A stretch of 64,000 nt of DNA. Origin: Octopus sinensis. Lineage: Eukaryota. Numbering within the stretch: the stretch's first letter is position 1; every line of letters begins with the position of its first letter. Location of the stretch: assembly GCF_006345805.1 (NCBI RefSeq), contig NC_043003.1, positions 61,318,001-61,382,000 on the forward strand, in the 5' to 3' direction. A program made the translations under genes and the position numbers. Below are positions 1 through 13,484 of this stretch, one piece after another. The notes below the pieces were generated by a model. The model had not been told where the DNA came from. It did no database searches and saw nothing but the letters and a program-made list of their open reading frames with translations.

Positions 1-126
1 CCTCAGTACGCAACTGGTACTTAATTTATCGACCTCGAAAGGATGAAAGGCAAAGTCGACCTCGGCGGAATTTGAACTCAGAACGTAGCGGCAGACGAAA
101 TACCGCTAAGCATTTCGTCCGGTGTG
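1..126 (-). mobile_element. tRNA-derived SINE family A (partial)
   Basis: Reverse complement of the recurrent motif ACGTTCTGAGTTCAAATTCCGCCGAGGTCGACTTTGCCTTTCATCCTTTCG..GTCGATAAATTAAGTACCAGTT, which occurs >15 times in the window and carries a B-box-like GAGTTCAAATTCC. Confidence 0.8.
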
Positions 127-1736
127 ATTTCAAACGACCTTCTTAACCACACAACTGTGGCTGGGTCCAATGATTTAAATGAAATAGGAGATGATAATTA
201 AAAAAACTAATAAACAACTGATGGCGATAAAATACAGTAGGTGAGAGCCTCATGTATTTTGATTAATTCAGGAGATTGCCAGATCTTAGCTATTATCTAT
301 ATCATTGATATCAAAGCTGTGATGGCTGGGATATTTCATAACGCTGTTAGCAAACAATATCATACTTGAAATATTTTCTATCATATTTAGCAAATGTATG
401 AAATCTGTTTAAGCGTTGTGTTCCTGGGAGGCTGTAATCTTCAAAGGTATTGAAGAGACACGTTTGCAATATCATTAGTAAATCTTATAGGATAAATTAG
501 ACAAAATATTATTGCTCAGGCCGAATCTAATTCAGTATGAGTCTCCATTGCACTACAAAACAATTATAATATGACTGCTAAGCTACAATCAACACAGTGC
601 CTCAAGTAACAAGTGTCTGTTGAAAACGTCTCGAGTGTTGAGTGGACAGTAATTACCGGCGGACGCAGGCAATAATTACTTTGCATGAATACATGTACAC
701 AATCAAAAGACAGAATCGAAATCGCACACGCACATGCAGACATACACACACACAAACTGACATATGCTCACCCACACACACACACACATACACACATATA
801 TAAAACAGATACACTCTCTCTCTCACATACAACACACACACCACACACACACACACAGACAATCGCGCGCGCATGCACACACACGCACATGCACACACTC
901 TGCATAAAGCTTTGGAGAATATACTTGGTGGCTGTTTTTCGACAATTCTGGTGCCAATCTCTATTAGCTATTGTCTTCCTTGGAGCTGAGAGGAGAGGCT
1001 TGGTGCAGGGGAAAATTCCAGCCTTCCACAAAGCATTACCCTGACGTACTCCTTAGAGTGTTGCATTTCAAATGCAAGAAGTCCTGTTTGACAGACGCCT
1101 TCACGAAGAATAAGTTTCGTTACTCAGAAATTACTGTCATTTTTCTAATTTCACTACAGTTTGTTGCGGAGAAAGAACTCTCGCTTAAGCCAAGAAGCAG
1201 TTAAAGCAACATAGCTCAGAGCACTTTCTATTGAACGTATCGATGCATTTCGAGCTCTGAATGCCTCCATCAGAGGGTGCTTTCAGCTGACTATGGTGTT
1301 TTCACACCATTTTGTCTTCAGTGAGAGACACAACAGCTTCCTTTATTCCTCTCCTAAAATATCAGTTGCGCTCCACGGAAGTCGTTCAATGCTTTGTGAT
1401 TTCAAGCACCAAGTGAAGCCAATTCTGCTCACGTATTTTCCATACGGAAAATAAATTAACTTCACATCAATCTTCTCTTTTTCCTTCTAAAATATCAGAT
1501 GTTGGTATTTTGTCAAAATACTACATTATGAGTTGCTTTTAAATAAAAAAAATATATAATATAAAGTATTTGTTTTAAGTACAATCTCACTTATGATCTA
1601 TGTATGATATCTATTAACGAAAACATATAACGAACACAATTCAATAAAATTCGTAAAAGTCCAAATATATCGAGACATTCAAATCTTTAAGCAATTATTT
1701 TTTTGCATAAAGGAAGCCAGAAAATTGTTAATATTT

Positions 1737-2220
<484 letters not shown>

Positions 2221-2238
2221 CTCAAAATTAAATATTCG

Positions 2239-2635
2239 TTTCTACTCGAAGCACAAGGCCCGAAATTTTAGAAGGACCAGTCGATTAGATCAACCTCAGT
2301 ACACAACTAGTACTGAATTTATCGACCTCGGAAGGATGAAAGGCTAAGTCGACCTCGGCGGAATTTGAACTCAGAACATAAAGACAGACGAAATACCTAT
2401 TTTTTCTTTACTACCTACAAAGAGCTACACACAGAGGGGACAAACAAGGACAGACAACCGGATTAAGTCGATTATATCTACCCCGGTGCGTAACTGGTAC
2501 TTATTTAATCGACCTCCAAAGGATGAAAGGCAAAGTCGACCTCGGCGGAATTTGAACTCCGAACGTAACGACAGACGAAATGCGGCTACGCATTTCGCCC
2601 GGTGTGCTAACGTTTCTGCCAGCTCGCCGCCTTAA
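2239..2635 (-). mobile_element. SINE family A, composite (duplicated core)
   Basis: Head GGCGGCGAGCTGGCAGAAACGTTAGCAC followed by two copies of the core domain and the tail GGGCCTTGTGC. Confidence 0.85.
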
Positions 2636-3129
2636 TCAAAATTAAATATTAACAGAAATATATCTTGATTTAATTTGATGTCAAAAGATTATTTTTTTCA
2701 GTTTATTGAATTGTTACATCGGCTCAATCCCCCAAATGTTTAAAGAATTTTGTTAATGGAATTAACGGCAAATTAACGATAAGTGTAAACAAGCAATAAT
2801 AAATCTCTGAACGAGGTATAAACAGTAGCTGCACGACCTTGTGAAGTACATTTGCCACGTAAATGTGGCTAACCCCTAATGATGGATGCTACTGTAGCTA
2901 GTAGCCCCAGGAGAACACCTCCTCCAGCTGGCTATTGACACACTTTCTGTGCCCTATTAGTATTTGCAAAGGGAAGCCATCCTTCCCGTCTTCAACCTAT
3001 GATATACAATATATATATATATATATTGTAAATCCCAAAGAACGAGGAACAAACACAAGAAAAATAACAACACGAGGACGTGGTACATGTAAAGTATTAG
3101 CAGACGCTCAGGGAAGGAAAGAAAGGTGG

Positions 3130-3163
3130 TTTTGCGTTTCGAGCAAAGCTCTTCTTTAGAAAG
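3130..3163 (-). ncRNA. Degenerate minimal type I hammerhead motif
   Basis: Minus strand reads CTTT-CTAAAGA-A-GAGC TTT GCTC-GAA-ACGC-A-AAA. Same family as 34402, 36021 and 55884; G5 and the stem III palindrome are mutated. Confidence 0.5.
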
Positions 3164-3227
3164 AGAAGACATAGGAAAGTCCAAGAGAAAAGGAAGACGA
3201 CGGAAAAAAATCGCTTACGATTCACAT

Positions 3228-3300
<73 letters not shown>

Positions 3301-3374
3301 CATGCATACATACATGCATGCATGCATACATACATACATACATACATACATACATACATACATACATACATACA

Positions 3375-3406
<32 letters not shown>

Positions 3407-3759
3407 ATGTATTGTTCCGTGATAGAAAATTCAAAACTTATTCCATCTGAGGAGAGATAAATATTATTTGTTTAAAGGCCACAATGCATGTATTAAAGTG
3501 CTACTAATAGTTTCACATGCTGAGAGCACTCAAACATATTCCTCGGCGGCAAACCACATATAACGAACTAAAAAAAATGAATGATAGAAGAAACGCGAAA
3601 AAAACGAGAAGGTAACATGTAGAAAACGCAGAAAGTAAACATCTGAAAACGAAAATGGGAAACGAAAACACAAAAACTAAAATGTAAAAAATAAAAAATA
3701 AAATGGTAAAGGATGGAAAGATATCAAGTCAGTCAGGAATAGGCGGAATTTTCTAATTC

Positions 3760-4410
3760 TTCAAAATATATTTATACATATGCATGCAACCACTGAAAAT
3801 TTCTGACCTGGAGCTTAATAGAAAATTAGGGGTGTTAGATCTCAACAGGATCTGCACTCTTTCATCCAAACAAAGTCTACATTTATTGAATCTATTCATA
3901 TAAGGTATGGATTTCTCAATTACTTTCCATTTTTAATCACATGCAGTGTTTCATTATCTTTTAAAGTCCATACATAGCTAGCCAAATTAGTAGCCTTACT
4001 TTTGTCCCTATGTCAGAAAGAGGATGTATGATTGGCATAGCGATTTTTAAATTTACCTTCACGTAATCCAATAAAGGTCTTCTTATCAGTTGTATTGTTA
4101 TTTAGGGCTGCATTAATCTCTGTCTCATATGTGATAGATTTACTTATACATCGTCGGTGAAGTGGACACGATCCTGGGTTGCAACAGTTGCAACTGGATT
4201 TAGGCTCTTGGTATTGACCACGTGTAATGATACTCTTCATATTGGGGCAACTGCTATATGATAGTTTCACAGAACGCCTATTAAATATTATCTTGTATCT
4301 GTGAGTTGCTGGAAAGTGTTTGTCTAGGAGAGACAGGAATCTTTTACCAATGTTAGTTTTTATATTAAGGGAAAAAGGTGGGGTGAACCAAATGATTTTT
4401 CTGAGCCTAT
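3760..4410 (-). mobile_element. Penelope-like element remnant (GIY-YIG region)
   Basis: ORF 4013-4270: CNCCNPGSCPLHRRCISKSITY...KKTFIGLREGKFKNRYANHTSSF matches the PLE CNC..CPL / GIY-YIG / FK.RY.NH..SF pattern. Confidence 0.85.
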
Positions 4411-4441
4411 TTTAGGTTATGTATGTATGTATGTATGTATG

Positions 4442-4472
<31 letters not shown>

Positions 4473-5314
4473 TTATACTTACATACATATGTACATTGTG
4501 TGAATTTATGTGTACGTGTCTTTATGTTTGTCCTCATCACCACTAGAAAACAATGCTAGTTTGTTTATGTATCTGTGACATAGCGGTTCGGCAGAAAACA
4601 CGATAGAATGCGTACATGAGACAAGCAAACACGTACCAAGGTCGATTTGAGCGAGTAAACGCTGTAAAGCAGTGCTCCAGCATGGCCGCGCATCAGTGAC
4701 TGAAGTAAGTAAAAGTGTGTTGAATGTGTGAAAGAGAAAGAGAGAGAAAGAGAGAGGGAGTGTGTGTTTGTGTGTGCGTATGTGTGTGCGTGTCTGCGTA
4801 TATGAGTGCGTGCGCGCGTGTGTGTGAATGTGTATGAGGGTTAACGCGTGATTTTAATTCTCTTTGTATTTCAGACTTTATGTTCTCTATGTATAAGAAT
4901 GCCGAAGCTATGCTAGAACAACACTTAGAGCAAATCTTAATTTTTATATACAATACTTTCTATGATGTATATCATATAAACTTCTTTTCCTCATAAACTG
5001 TCAGCGTATGTCAGTAATAGTTAGTATATTAGTATTAGAAATGAATGAGAGTGTGTCTAGTGCTTACTATGAAATATCCATTAGCAACGGAAAATATTTT
5101 TAGATTTCCTCGAATTGATACAAGCATGCGTTTACATTTTAATGAAACGACTCAATATTCACGTCAAGTTCTGAGAAGAGGAAATTGCCGAAGGTATGTC
5201 GGTGTTATCTTAACTATAATCTACTGCAATCCTATGTCAAAATGAAGTTACTTGAAAAATGGAGTAATTCTTGAAGATGACGGTTCAATAGAGAATCTTA
5301 TTTAATTAAAAAAA

Positions 5315-5361
5315 CAAGAAGAAGAAGAAGAAGAAGAGAAGAAGAGAAGAAGAAGAAGAAG

Positions 5362-5393
<32 letters not shown>

Positions 5394-5502
5394 GAAGAAG
5401 AAGAAGAAGAGAAGAAGAAGAAGAAGAAGAAGAAAAGAAGAAGAAGAAGAAGAAGAAGAAGAAGAAGAAGAAGAAGAAGAAGAAGAAGAAGAAGAAGAAG
5501 AA
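5315..5502. repeat. (AAG)n microsatellite
   Basis: Visible long imperfect AAG run. Confidence 0.95.
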
Positions 5503-5669
5503 TTATAATAATAATAAAAGATTTTGTGACACATTTGCCCCAAGGGTGAAACATTGAATGAACAGATGTAATTTTTGTTTCTAACCAAAATACTTCGGTG
5601 CTTTTTAATATGAGTTATTTTCGCAATTTCCAACCAACATCTACATTCTCTTTCAATGAGACATGTTTT

Positions 5670-5704
<35 letters not shown>

Positions 5705-5705
<1 letters not shown>

Positions 5706-5864
5706 CTTTCTCTTCTGCGGCCATGCTGGAGCACTGCCTTTATTCGAACAAATCGACCCCAGGATTTATTCATTGTAAGCAGCCTTGTACTTATTCTATA
5801 GGTCTCTTTTTGCCGAACCGGTTGTCAAACGATGGTGGGGGACAAACACAGACACAATTATAAA

Positions 5865-5909
<45 letters not shown>

Positions 5910-6075
5910 TGCGAAGGGCTTCTTTCAGTTTCTGCCTACCAAATCCACTCACAAGGCTTTGGTCGGCCCGAGGTAATAGTAGAAGACACTTGCCCAAGGT
6001 GAGACGCAATGGAACTGAACCCGGAACACATATGGTTGGGAAGCAAGATTCTTACCACACACCCACTCCTGCGCC
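5705..6075 (-). mobile_element. SINE family B
   Basis: Head, internal (TA)n and tail as in 1737-2220. Confidence 0.85.
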
Positions 6076-6659
6076 TGTATGTATATAGATATATATTTTT
6101 TCGGGCTATGTTTTCATTTTAAGAAATTCATGCTAGCCTTTTAGAGCCAGTAAGATGGTAGCACATCCGGAAGTCGATAGCCAATGGCAAAGGGAGATAA
6201 TCCTCTATTGTTTACCTTTGTAGCGAGAATTTTTCCACTGCATATTTTGTAGAGGTCTTAGGCCAACTGGCTTTGGGGGTCTGATGATACACCATAAAGG
6301 TTAACCCTTTATTGACGAGAAAAACAGGGTAATCCCATAAACTGGCCTTCCCTACTTTTAATATATATACATACGATGACCTTCTACACAGTTTCCATCA
6401 CTTACGAGGCATCGGTTGGACACCTACCCAAGGTGCCATGCAGTGAACCTGAAGGCGGTACAACATGACTTCAAAGCGAGATTCTTAACCATACAGCTAA
6501 GCTTTAGATTCGGATTTGATGATAACATACACAAATTCACTTCATTTATAATCAAATTATATTTTGGGGCGTTTACTTCCCCTATTTGTGTCTTTTGAAC
6601 GGACAAGGCAAATTCTTTGAAGAGCAACGTGGAATTGTTCAAAAGCAGCTGATAAAAAT

Positions 6660-7050
6660 TGTGACTGTGCGGTAAAAACTTTGCTTCCCAACAACATAGT
6701 GCCGGGTTCAGTCCCACTGCGTGGCAACCTTGGGAAAATATCTCCTACAATAGGCCCGGGCTTACCAAAGCCTTGTGAATGGGTTTGGTGGACAGAAACT
6801 GTAAGAATGTGCGCGCCCGCGTATGTGTATGTGTGTGTGTGTGTGTGTTTATCCCTTACTTCCGCTTGACAACCAGTGTTGCTGTGTTTTCGTCACCGTA
6901 ACTTAGCTGTTCGGCAAAAGAGAGCGATAGAATAAATACCAGACTTAAAAAAAAATAATACGTACTGAGGTCGATTCTTTCAACTGAAATTCTTCGAATC
7001 GGTGCCCCAGTATGGCCGCAGTCTAATGACTGAAACAAATAAAAAATACT
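6660..7050 (+). mobile_element. SINE family B
   Basis: CCGGGTTCAGTCCCACTGCG head, internal (TG)n, tail CAGTATGGCCGCAGTCTAATGACTGAAAC. Confidence 0.8.
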
Positions 7051-7343
7051 AATCATACCTCAGACCATCAAAATATTGTCATATATATCGTGATCAAAGC
7101 GTTCTAGCCATGACTTTTCCTTGGTCATTATTCAAGTAGTTTTCTATATCTTGGACCATATTGTCTAACGCGTTTATTTTTAAAGACAGACTGATTTAAG
7201 GCAGAATTGGCTGCTATCTCTAGAAGGTTAAGCGACCACGTAGATTAGAGCTACTTCATATTTGTATAATAGACGCAAACTTCTGAAACGTTTCTATGAA
7301 TCCGGCGAATGAAAATATATTAATAGCTTACAGAATATCAGTA

Positions 7344-7562
7344 CAGTAATCTCTCACCGTATCGCAGTTCACCTATCGCGGTATATTATTTAAGCTTACG
7401 TCGATTCCTCTGAGGTGTTGCTTTGCATTTATAATAGAATAAATATATAATTATAAAAATGATAAAACTTATACAATACAGTACTGTTTCTACTTCGCGG
7501 ATTTACACCTATCGTGTGGGGTTTTTGAACGTAACACCCGCGATAGTCAAGGGATTATTGTA
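7344..7562. mobile_element. Tigger/pogo-like MITE
   Basis: Imperfect TIRs CAGTAATCTCTC... / ...AGGGATTATTG flanked by TA; second copy at 38408-38650 with the same internal sequence. Confidence 0.75.
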
Positions 7563-8204
7563 GTTCTTTCACTGAAACATATCTTAATGTTACACAGCAA
7601 AACTTCCTAATTTTCTCAGGCCCTAAGACTTATAATGCTGCTTACCCGTTTCCATGGCGTTCAAGTCACAGAGATCAGAATATTACCCTGCAGAACGCCA
7701 GACCGTTGCAGGGTTCAAAGGTACCAGTTTTGAGGGGAGAGGTCAAGTCGATTACATCAATTCTTGACCGATATTGTATTTACTGGCTTTAAGAATCTCG
7801 CAGAATATCTGGTTAGAAGTCCAGCCTTCCAAGTTCTTTTACAGGGCTTACAAAAACTGAAGGACCGGTGCAATAAGCGTGTCAACCTGAGAGAGAAATA
7901 TATGTTCAATAAGATATAATTAACTTATCCGCCTGTACATTCTGGATCTTTGCCTTTTGTAACTAAAATCTTTCAAAGTTCGGACACTGGTAGAATGTGT
8001 CATATAAAACATCTTTTACGCTAAGCATTAGGAAGTTATTTCACGTTAAAGTAGTCGTATTTCGGTAATTTCAAACAATCAATAACGTGTATTCAGCTGA
8101 ATAAAATTACTGCTGTTGTTTGTCAACAAGAACTTCTGGCGGTGTATATTTCGTTTGCCACTGTTATTTATGACAGCCTTAACCCTAAAACCCTAACATG
8201 ATAC

Positions 8205-8585
8205 AAAGCGGCGAGCTGGCAGAAACGTTAGCACGCCAGGCGAAATGCTCAGCAGTATTTCGTCTGCCATTACGTTCTGAGTTCAAATTCCGCCGAGGTC
8301 GACTTTGCCTTTCATCCTTTCGAGGTCGATAAATTAAGTACCAGTTACGCACTGGGTCGATATAATCGACTTCATCCGTTTGTCTGTCTTTGTTTGTGGC
8401 TTCTGTATTTAGCCCCTTGTGGGTAGTAAAGAAATAGGTATTTCGTCTGCCGCTACGTTCTGAGTTCAAATTCCGCCGAGGTCGACTTTGCCTTTCATCC
8501 TTTTGGGGTCGATTAAATAAGTACCAGTTACGCTCTGGGGTCGATGTAATCGACTGAATCCCTGTGGGCAATAAAGAAATAAATA
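8205..8585 (+). mobile_element. SINE family A, composite
   Basis: Head plus two tandem core domains. Confidence 0.85.
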
Positions 8586-9354
8586 TTATTATAAAATAAT
8601 AGTAAAGTAAAAGTGAATAATTAGTACTAATGTGTTTTAATGGCTTCAATAATTAGCATGATAGCAATTGTTTAAGGTCTGATACACAACATCGGGTCAA
8701 ATCACTTTCATATCGATCCCGGAGCGATGATAAGTAAAGTTTAATCTCAGCTGAATTTGCTACTCAGCATTTTGTCCGATGTACTCGCGAGTCTGCCAGC
8801 TCGCCCTCTTAAACTTCTTAACACTGAATTCTAATGTAAAAGTACAATCACACTGTGAGATATCAAGCGTATCATTATAGGAATACGATCTTATTTACTG
8901 TCTTTTCACGATAAATATGAATGTAATTCTGTGCCTGCGTACGCGCGTATATGTGAGTGTGTCACTTGTACGAGCAGCGGCTGTCTTTATTCATTTCCAT
9001 AATGCCATATCATTTCAGCGTATTGCGTAGTTCACAAATTATCTCTTTCCAAATGTTCATGCCAAGTGGAACGTATCAAGGTTATGTTATATGATAACTC
9101 GTATACAATGGCTGGTTAATGAAGAGTGGACACCGCTGCCATCTCTATTGCTATACCTTCTTCCTACAATACTTAATGATTTTATTCATGGAACTTTAAA
9201 AGGCCGAAATTATAGTATGAATTACAGCATTACCATCGTTAAACAAGATCGCTGAAGCTGCAATAAAACCTATTATGCTGAGTATAATAGATATCTGAGT
9301 AAAGTAGATCATGTTTCGTAATTAGGTTTAAAGGTTCCACTTTGTCTTTGGTAG

Positions 9355-10005
9355 TGTGCTTTCTAATTTTGGCTCAAAGTCAGCAGTTTTGGGGGTCGAG
9401 AATTTGATTACATCTACCAAAGTGGTCGATTGGTATTTTTCTTATTGACCCTGAAAGGATGGCAACCAAAGTCGACCTCACCAGTATTTGAACTCAGAAC
9501 GTTAAAAACCGGAAGAAATGCTTCTAAGCTTTCTGACCGACAGGATAACGATTCTTATTTCTTTATTGCCCACAGGGGGCTAAACATAGAGGGGACAAAC
9601 AAGGACAGACAAACGGATTAAGTCGATCACATCGACCCCTGTGCGTAACTGGTACTTAATTTATCGACCCCGAAAGGATGAAAGGCAAAGTCGTCCTCGG
9701 TGGAATTTGAACTCAGAACGTAACGGCAGACGAAATACGGCTACGCATATCGCCCGGCGTGCTAACGGTTCTGCCAGCTCGCCGCCTTCGTCTTTGTTAA
9801 TATTCTTTCTAATGTAGGCAAAAGGCCTGGAATTTTGAGGGAAGAAGCAGTGCTGCTCAACTTGTGCTTGTTTCATCGACTTCGAAAGGACAAATAGCAA
9901 AGTCGATCTCGGCAGAATTTGAACTCAGAACGTAAAAAGTCGGACGAAATGCCGCTAAGCATTTTGTCCAGCGTACTAACTACTCAACCAGCTCGCCGCT
10001 TTCGT
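9355..10005 (-). mobile_element. Cluster of SINE family A copies
   Basis: Three core domains and two heads in tandem on the minus strand. Confidence 0.8.
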
Positions 10006-10737
10006 CTTTGTTAATATCAAAAGCTCTCTGTTCTTTTCAAGTATTATATTATTTCCTTTAAACACAACCGTTTTGCCATATTTAAATACGATGTTATTTA
10101 GGTAGTCAACGATGGAACTTATATGCAGTCACCCGACCTGCTACATATGGCAGACATATCTCCCTCAAATTACACACTACCATCCTGAAAGCGAGTAACA
10201 CCTTAGATAATGAAAGTCCTAGGCAGAAAATGCTTCAGAGAAAAGAAGGATGGTCATGGCTGGAATGAATCTCATTGTAGATCAACTTATTCTGACTAAC
10301 TTAGGACTAAATAAAAATCCATTCGTAATAATATAACAAATTATTATATAATAATGAAGGGAGAATCTTCCTTAATATAAGCCGTCGGGAAGAGTGTCGA
10401 CGTGGAGAAAACTAATTTTTACTTTTTTCTTGCTCTATACTGCTGTGTAGATGAAGGAGACAAATCGTAGCGTTTCCTTAGATTTACTAAAATCGTGTTA
10501 CTATGATGAATTTGTTAAACTTTCTGTGATAACTTATAAGAGTAGCATGAATAGGGCCGTGAATACAAACAGATTCCTGCAGCAAAAAAAAAACAAAAAA
10601 CAAGTTAATGGAAGCACTAAAAAACAAAAAAGCAAGTTAATAGAAGCACTAATATACTTAAATATGGCGAGCTAAAACTTTTGAACTAATTAAAATTATT
10701 TCAATAAAGAAGAAAAAAATGATATTAAATAAATGTT

Positions 10738-10950
10738 TAGAGCGGCAAGCTGGCAAAATCGGTAACACGTCGCGCAAAATGCTTAGCGGTATTTCGTCCA
10801 TCCTTACGTTCTGAGCTCAAATTCCACTGAGGTTGAATTTGCCTTTCATCCTTTCGGAGTTGATAAAATAAGCACCAATTGAACACTGGATGTCCATGTA
10901 ATCGACGTATCCCACTTGAAATTGCTGTCCTTGTGTCAAAAGTTGAAACC
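10738..10950 (+). mobile_element. SINE family A
   Basis: Head GCGGCAAGCTGGCAAAATCGGTAAC, core and tail CTTGTGTCAAAAG. Confidence 0.8.
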
Positions 10951-11343
10951 AATATTAAATTGACGTTTTATTCTTATCCAGATAAAGACATGTGGCACAA
11001 TTTTAATAAATCAAAACTTTCCGGCTCACAAACTTGACTATATTAGCACCCACATTACCATGAATAATCGTTTCTTATATAGGCACAAAGCCAACAATTT
11101 TGGATGACGGGAGATGGTCGATATCATCCCACCTCAGTACTTGACTGATATTTTAATTTGTCGACTCTGCGATGATGGAAGGCAGAGTTGACTTCGGCAG
11201 GATTTGAACTCAGTATGTAAAGATCCGGAACAAATACTGCAAGGCGTTTTGTCAGACAATCTAACGGTTCTCCCTGTCCATTTTTTTAACTGTAGTATCA
11301 GCTCATAGCTGCGGCCATGCTGATGCACCGCTGTTAAAAAATG

Positions 11344-11437
11344 TGCCCCAGGGTAGGATCGAACTCACGACCTTCAGATACCTCTGCTTTGTTACTTGAT
11401 TATGAGACTGATGCGCTGCCTACTGCGCTACTGAGGC
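11344..11437 (-). tRNA. tRNA-Met(CAT): tRNA-Met(CAT), elongator type, with 21-nt intron (11380-11400)
   Basis: Minus strand: GCCTCAG TA GCGC AGTAGGCA GCGC A TCAGT CTCATA [ATCAAGTAACAAAGCAGAGGT] A TCTGA AGGTC GTGAG TTCGATC CTACC CTGGGGC A, then an oligo-T run. Acceptor stem 7/7 (one G-U), D stem 4/4, A and B boxes intact. The T stem has two mismatches. Confidence 0.85.
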
Positions 11438-11624
11438 AATCGCTCAAGTTTATATAATAAGTAAAAAATCCTGTTGTTGTTTTTGCCTCTCGCCACTACG
11501 TTACTGAGGTTTTGGTATTCTCTGGTCAGTTAGTGACCCTTCTACTCTGTATAACTTACAATTGTATAATATAATGCGTACCCTTCCCCTCCACACACGC
11601 ACATATGTTGTACTGGAGTAGTTG

Positions 11625-11830
11625 TAATATATTGGTTTCAAATTTGGAACAGGGCCAACAATTGCTTGTAGTGGAGGTAAGTTGATTACAACTACCCCAG
11701 TGTTCAACTGGTACTTGTTTTATCGACACCAAAAGGATGAAAGGTAAAGTAGACCTCAACGGAATTTGAACTCTAAACGGACGTAAATACGGACGAAAGG
11801 CCGTTAATAATTCTGCCCAGCATGCTAATG
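11625..11830 (-). mobile_element. SINE family A
   Basis: Diverged head, core and tail on the minus strand. Confidence 0.75.
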
Positions 11831-12057
11831 AGTCTCCAAGCTCGCCGCCTTTGGGGCAGGTGTAATGTATTGAGCTAAATATGACAAATATTTCCCCGCA
11901 GACCAACGGTGGGATAAAATGCAAAACCCGAATCTTACTGGCAGGAACTGAACTCGGTTATTAATCAACGAAATGTATTACTGATCAGCGAATTACCATC
12001 TACGCCACACTTTCGTATATGATAATAACTTGTAATAAGATGATAGTAATGATAATA

Positions 12058-12270
12058 CTTTCTACATTAGGCACAAGGCCTGGAATTTAGTGGGTGACAA
12101 CTAGTCGATCACATCGACCCAGTGTTTCACTGGTACTTAATTTATCGACCCCGAAAGGATGAAAGGCAAAGTCGACCTCGGCGGAATTTGAACTCAGAAC
12201 GTAAAGACGGGCGAAATGCCGCTAAGCATTTTGCCCGGCGTGCTTACGATTCTGCCATCTTGTCGCCTTG
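12058..12270 (-). mobile_element. SINE family A
   Basis: Near-consensus core and head. Confidence 0.85.
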
Positions 12271-13484
12271 ATGATAGTAATAACAATGGCTTCAAATTCT
12301 GGGACAAGATCAGTAACGTTAGGGAGTGATTGCTAATTTCAAGATTATATATTTCATGGCTTAATTTTGAATGTTTACGAAATAACTGAAGATTAAAGTT
12401 AAACAAAATTTCATAATATATATATTTAAGAAGATTAATAATCCTCGTTGATTAATCATCATTAGTTGTGTTCATGCAACATCTTGCAAGAAGCAAACCA
12501 ATTCTGTAAATATTTTACCATCGCAACATAACAATTCAGCTCGCTAGTTACTACGAACTGAAGCAATTGTTCGGCTTTGTTGCTGTTGCTGTTGTTGTTG
12601 TCTGAATATTTTCCTCATTCTTATTTATTATTCATATTCAACTCTATCATTTATAACAAACCTTTCCTGACGTCTGTCAGATAAAGGATAATTCAAAAAT
12701 TAATGTGTTCGTAGTTTAACACACCAAAAACACTGCTGCTATGAATTATCTACACTATTCAGTTAACTGTAATGAAGTCAACAACAAATATCTAACCATG
12801 TTTGATTAACAACGTAACAGTCTGTCGAATAACTAGAAAATATTAATGTTAGATAACTCACACAAAAGAACTATTAATAAAATGATAAAGAATTGCCAGA
12901 TCTCAATCCGCATAACTGCTTTTAAAGGTATATACGAGGAGTCGTATATTTCGAACTTTTTAATGTTTATCATGATCTCGTGCGTTATTTTAAAATTTAG
13001 GGTAATTTTTATAAAAGCAAAATAAAAGCACAAAACTGAGTCAATAGACGTGTAATTTCAGGCTCTGAATGGAAATGGATTAGAAATGCATTTTTGAAAA
13101 TAATGTGATCGGAAAAGGAAAACAATAATAACAACATATTCTAGAAATCAACCGGAAGCATCGTCTTTCTCCATCACAAAGGTATACAAAAACACTCTTC
13201 AATGAAAGTCAAGAATATCTTAGCTACAAGCTATATAGAGAATTCACATTGTTTGGTCTTTGTAAACTAGAAATGTGTGCAGGTTTACTAAATGTATACA
13301 GATATGTAATGGTATGTATATTGTTTCCTAACGTTGTATGTTTTCTCTCTTTTTTTACATATACAGATACGTACAAATATATTTGTCTAAGACTATAAAT
13401 CTGTCTGCTTATATGAACGTTTATGTTTGTGTGAATGACTCGCTTTCTTCCTTCTATCACTCTTTCAATCCACGTATATGCATG

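Noticed and set aside
1290-1330. Minus-strand CTGAAGA followed by hairpin ATGGTGT-GAAA-ACACCAT
   Set aside because: GAAA is the hairpin loop rather than the core, so the topology is wrong for a hammerhead.
6280-6310. CTGATGA motif as a hammerhead or snoRNA box
   Set aside because: No GAAA after a stem II, and no paired terminal stem or matching C/D boxes.
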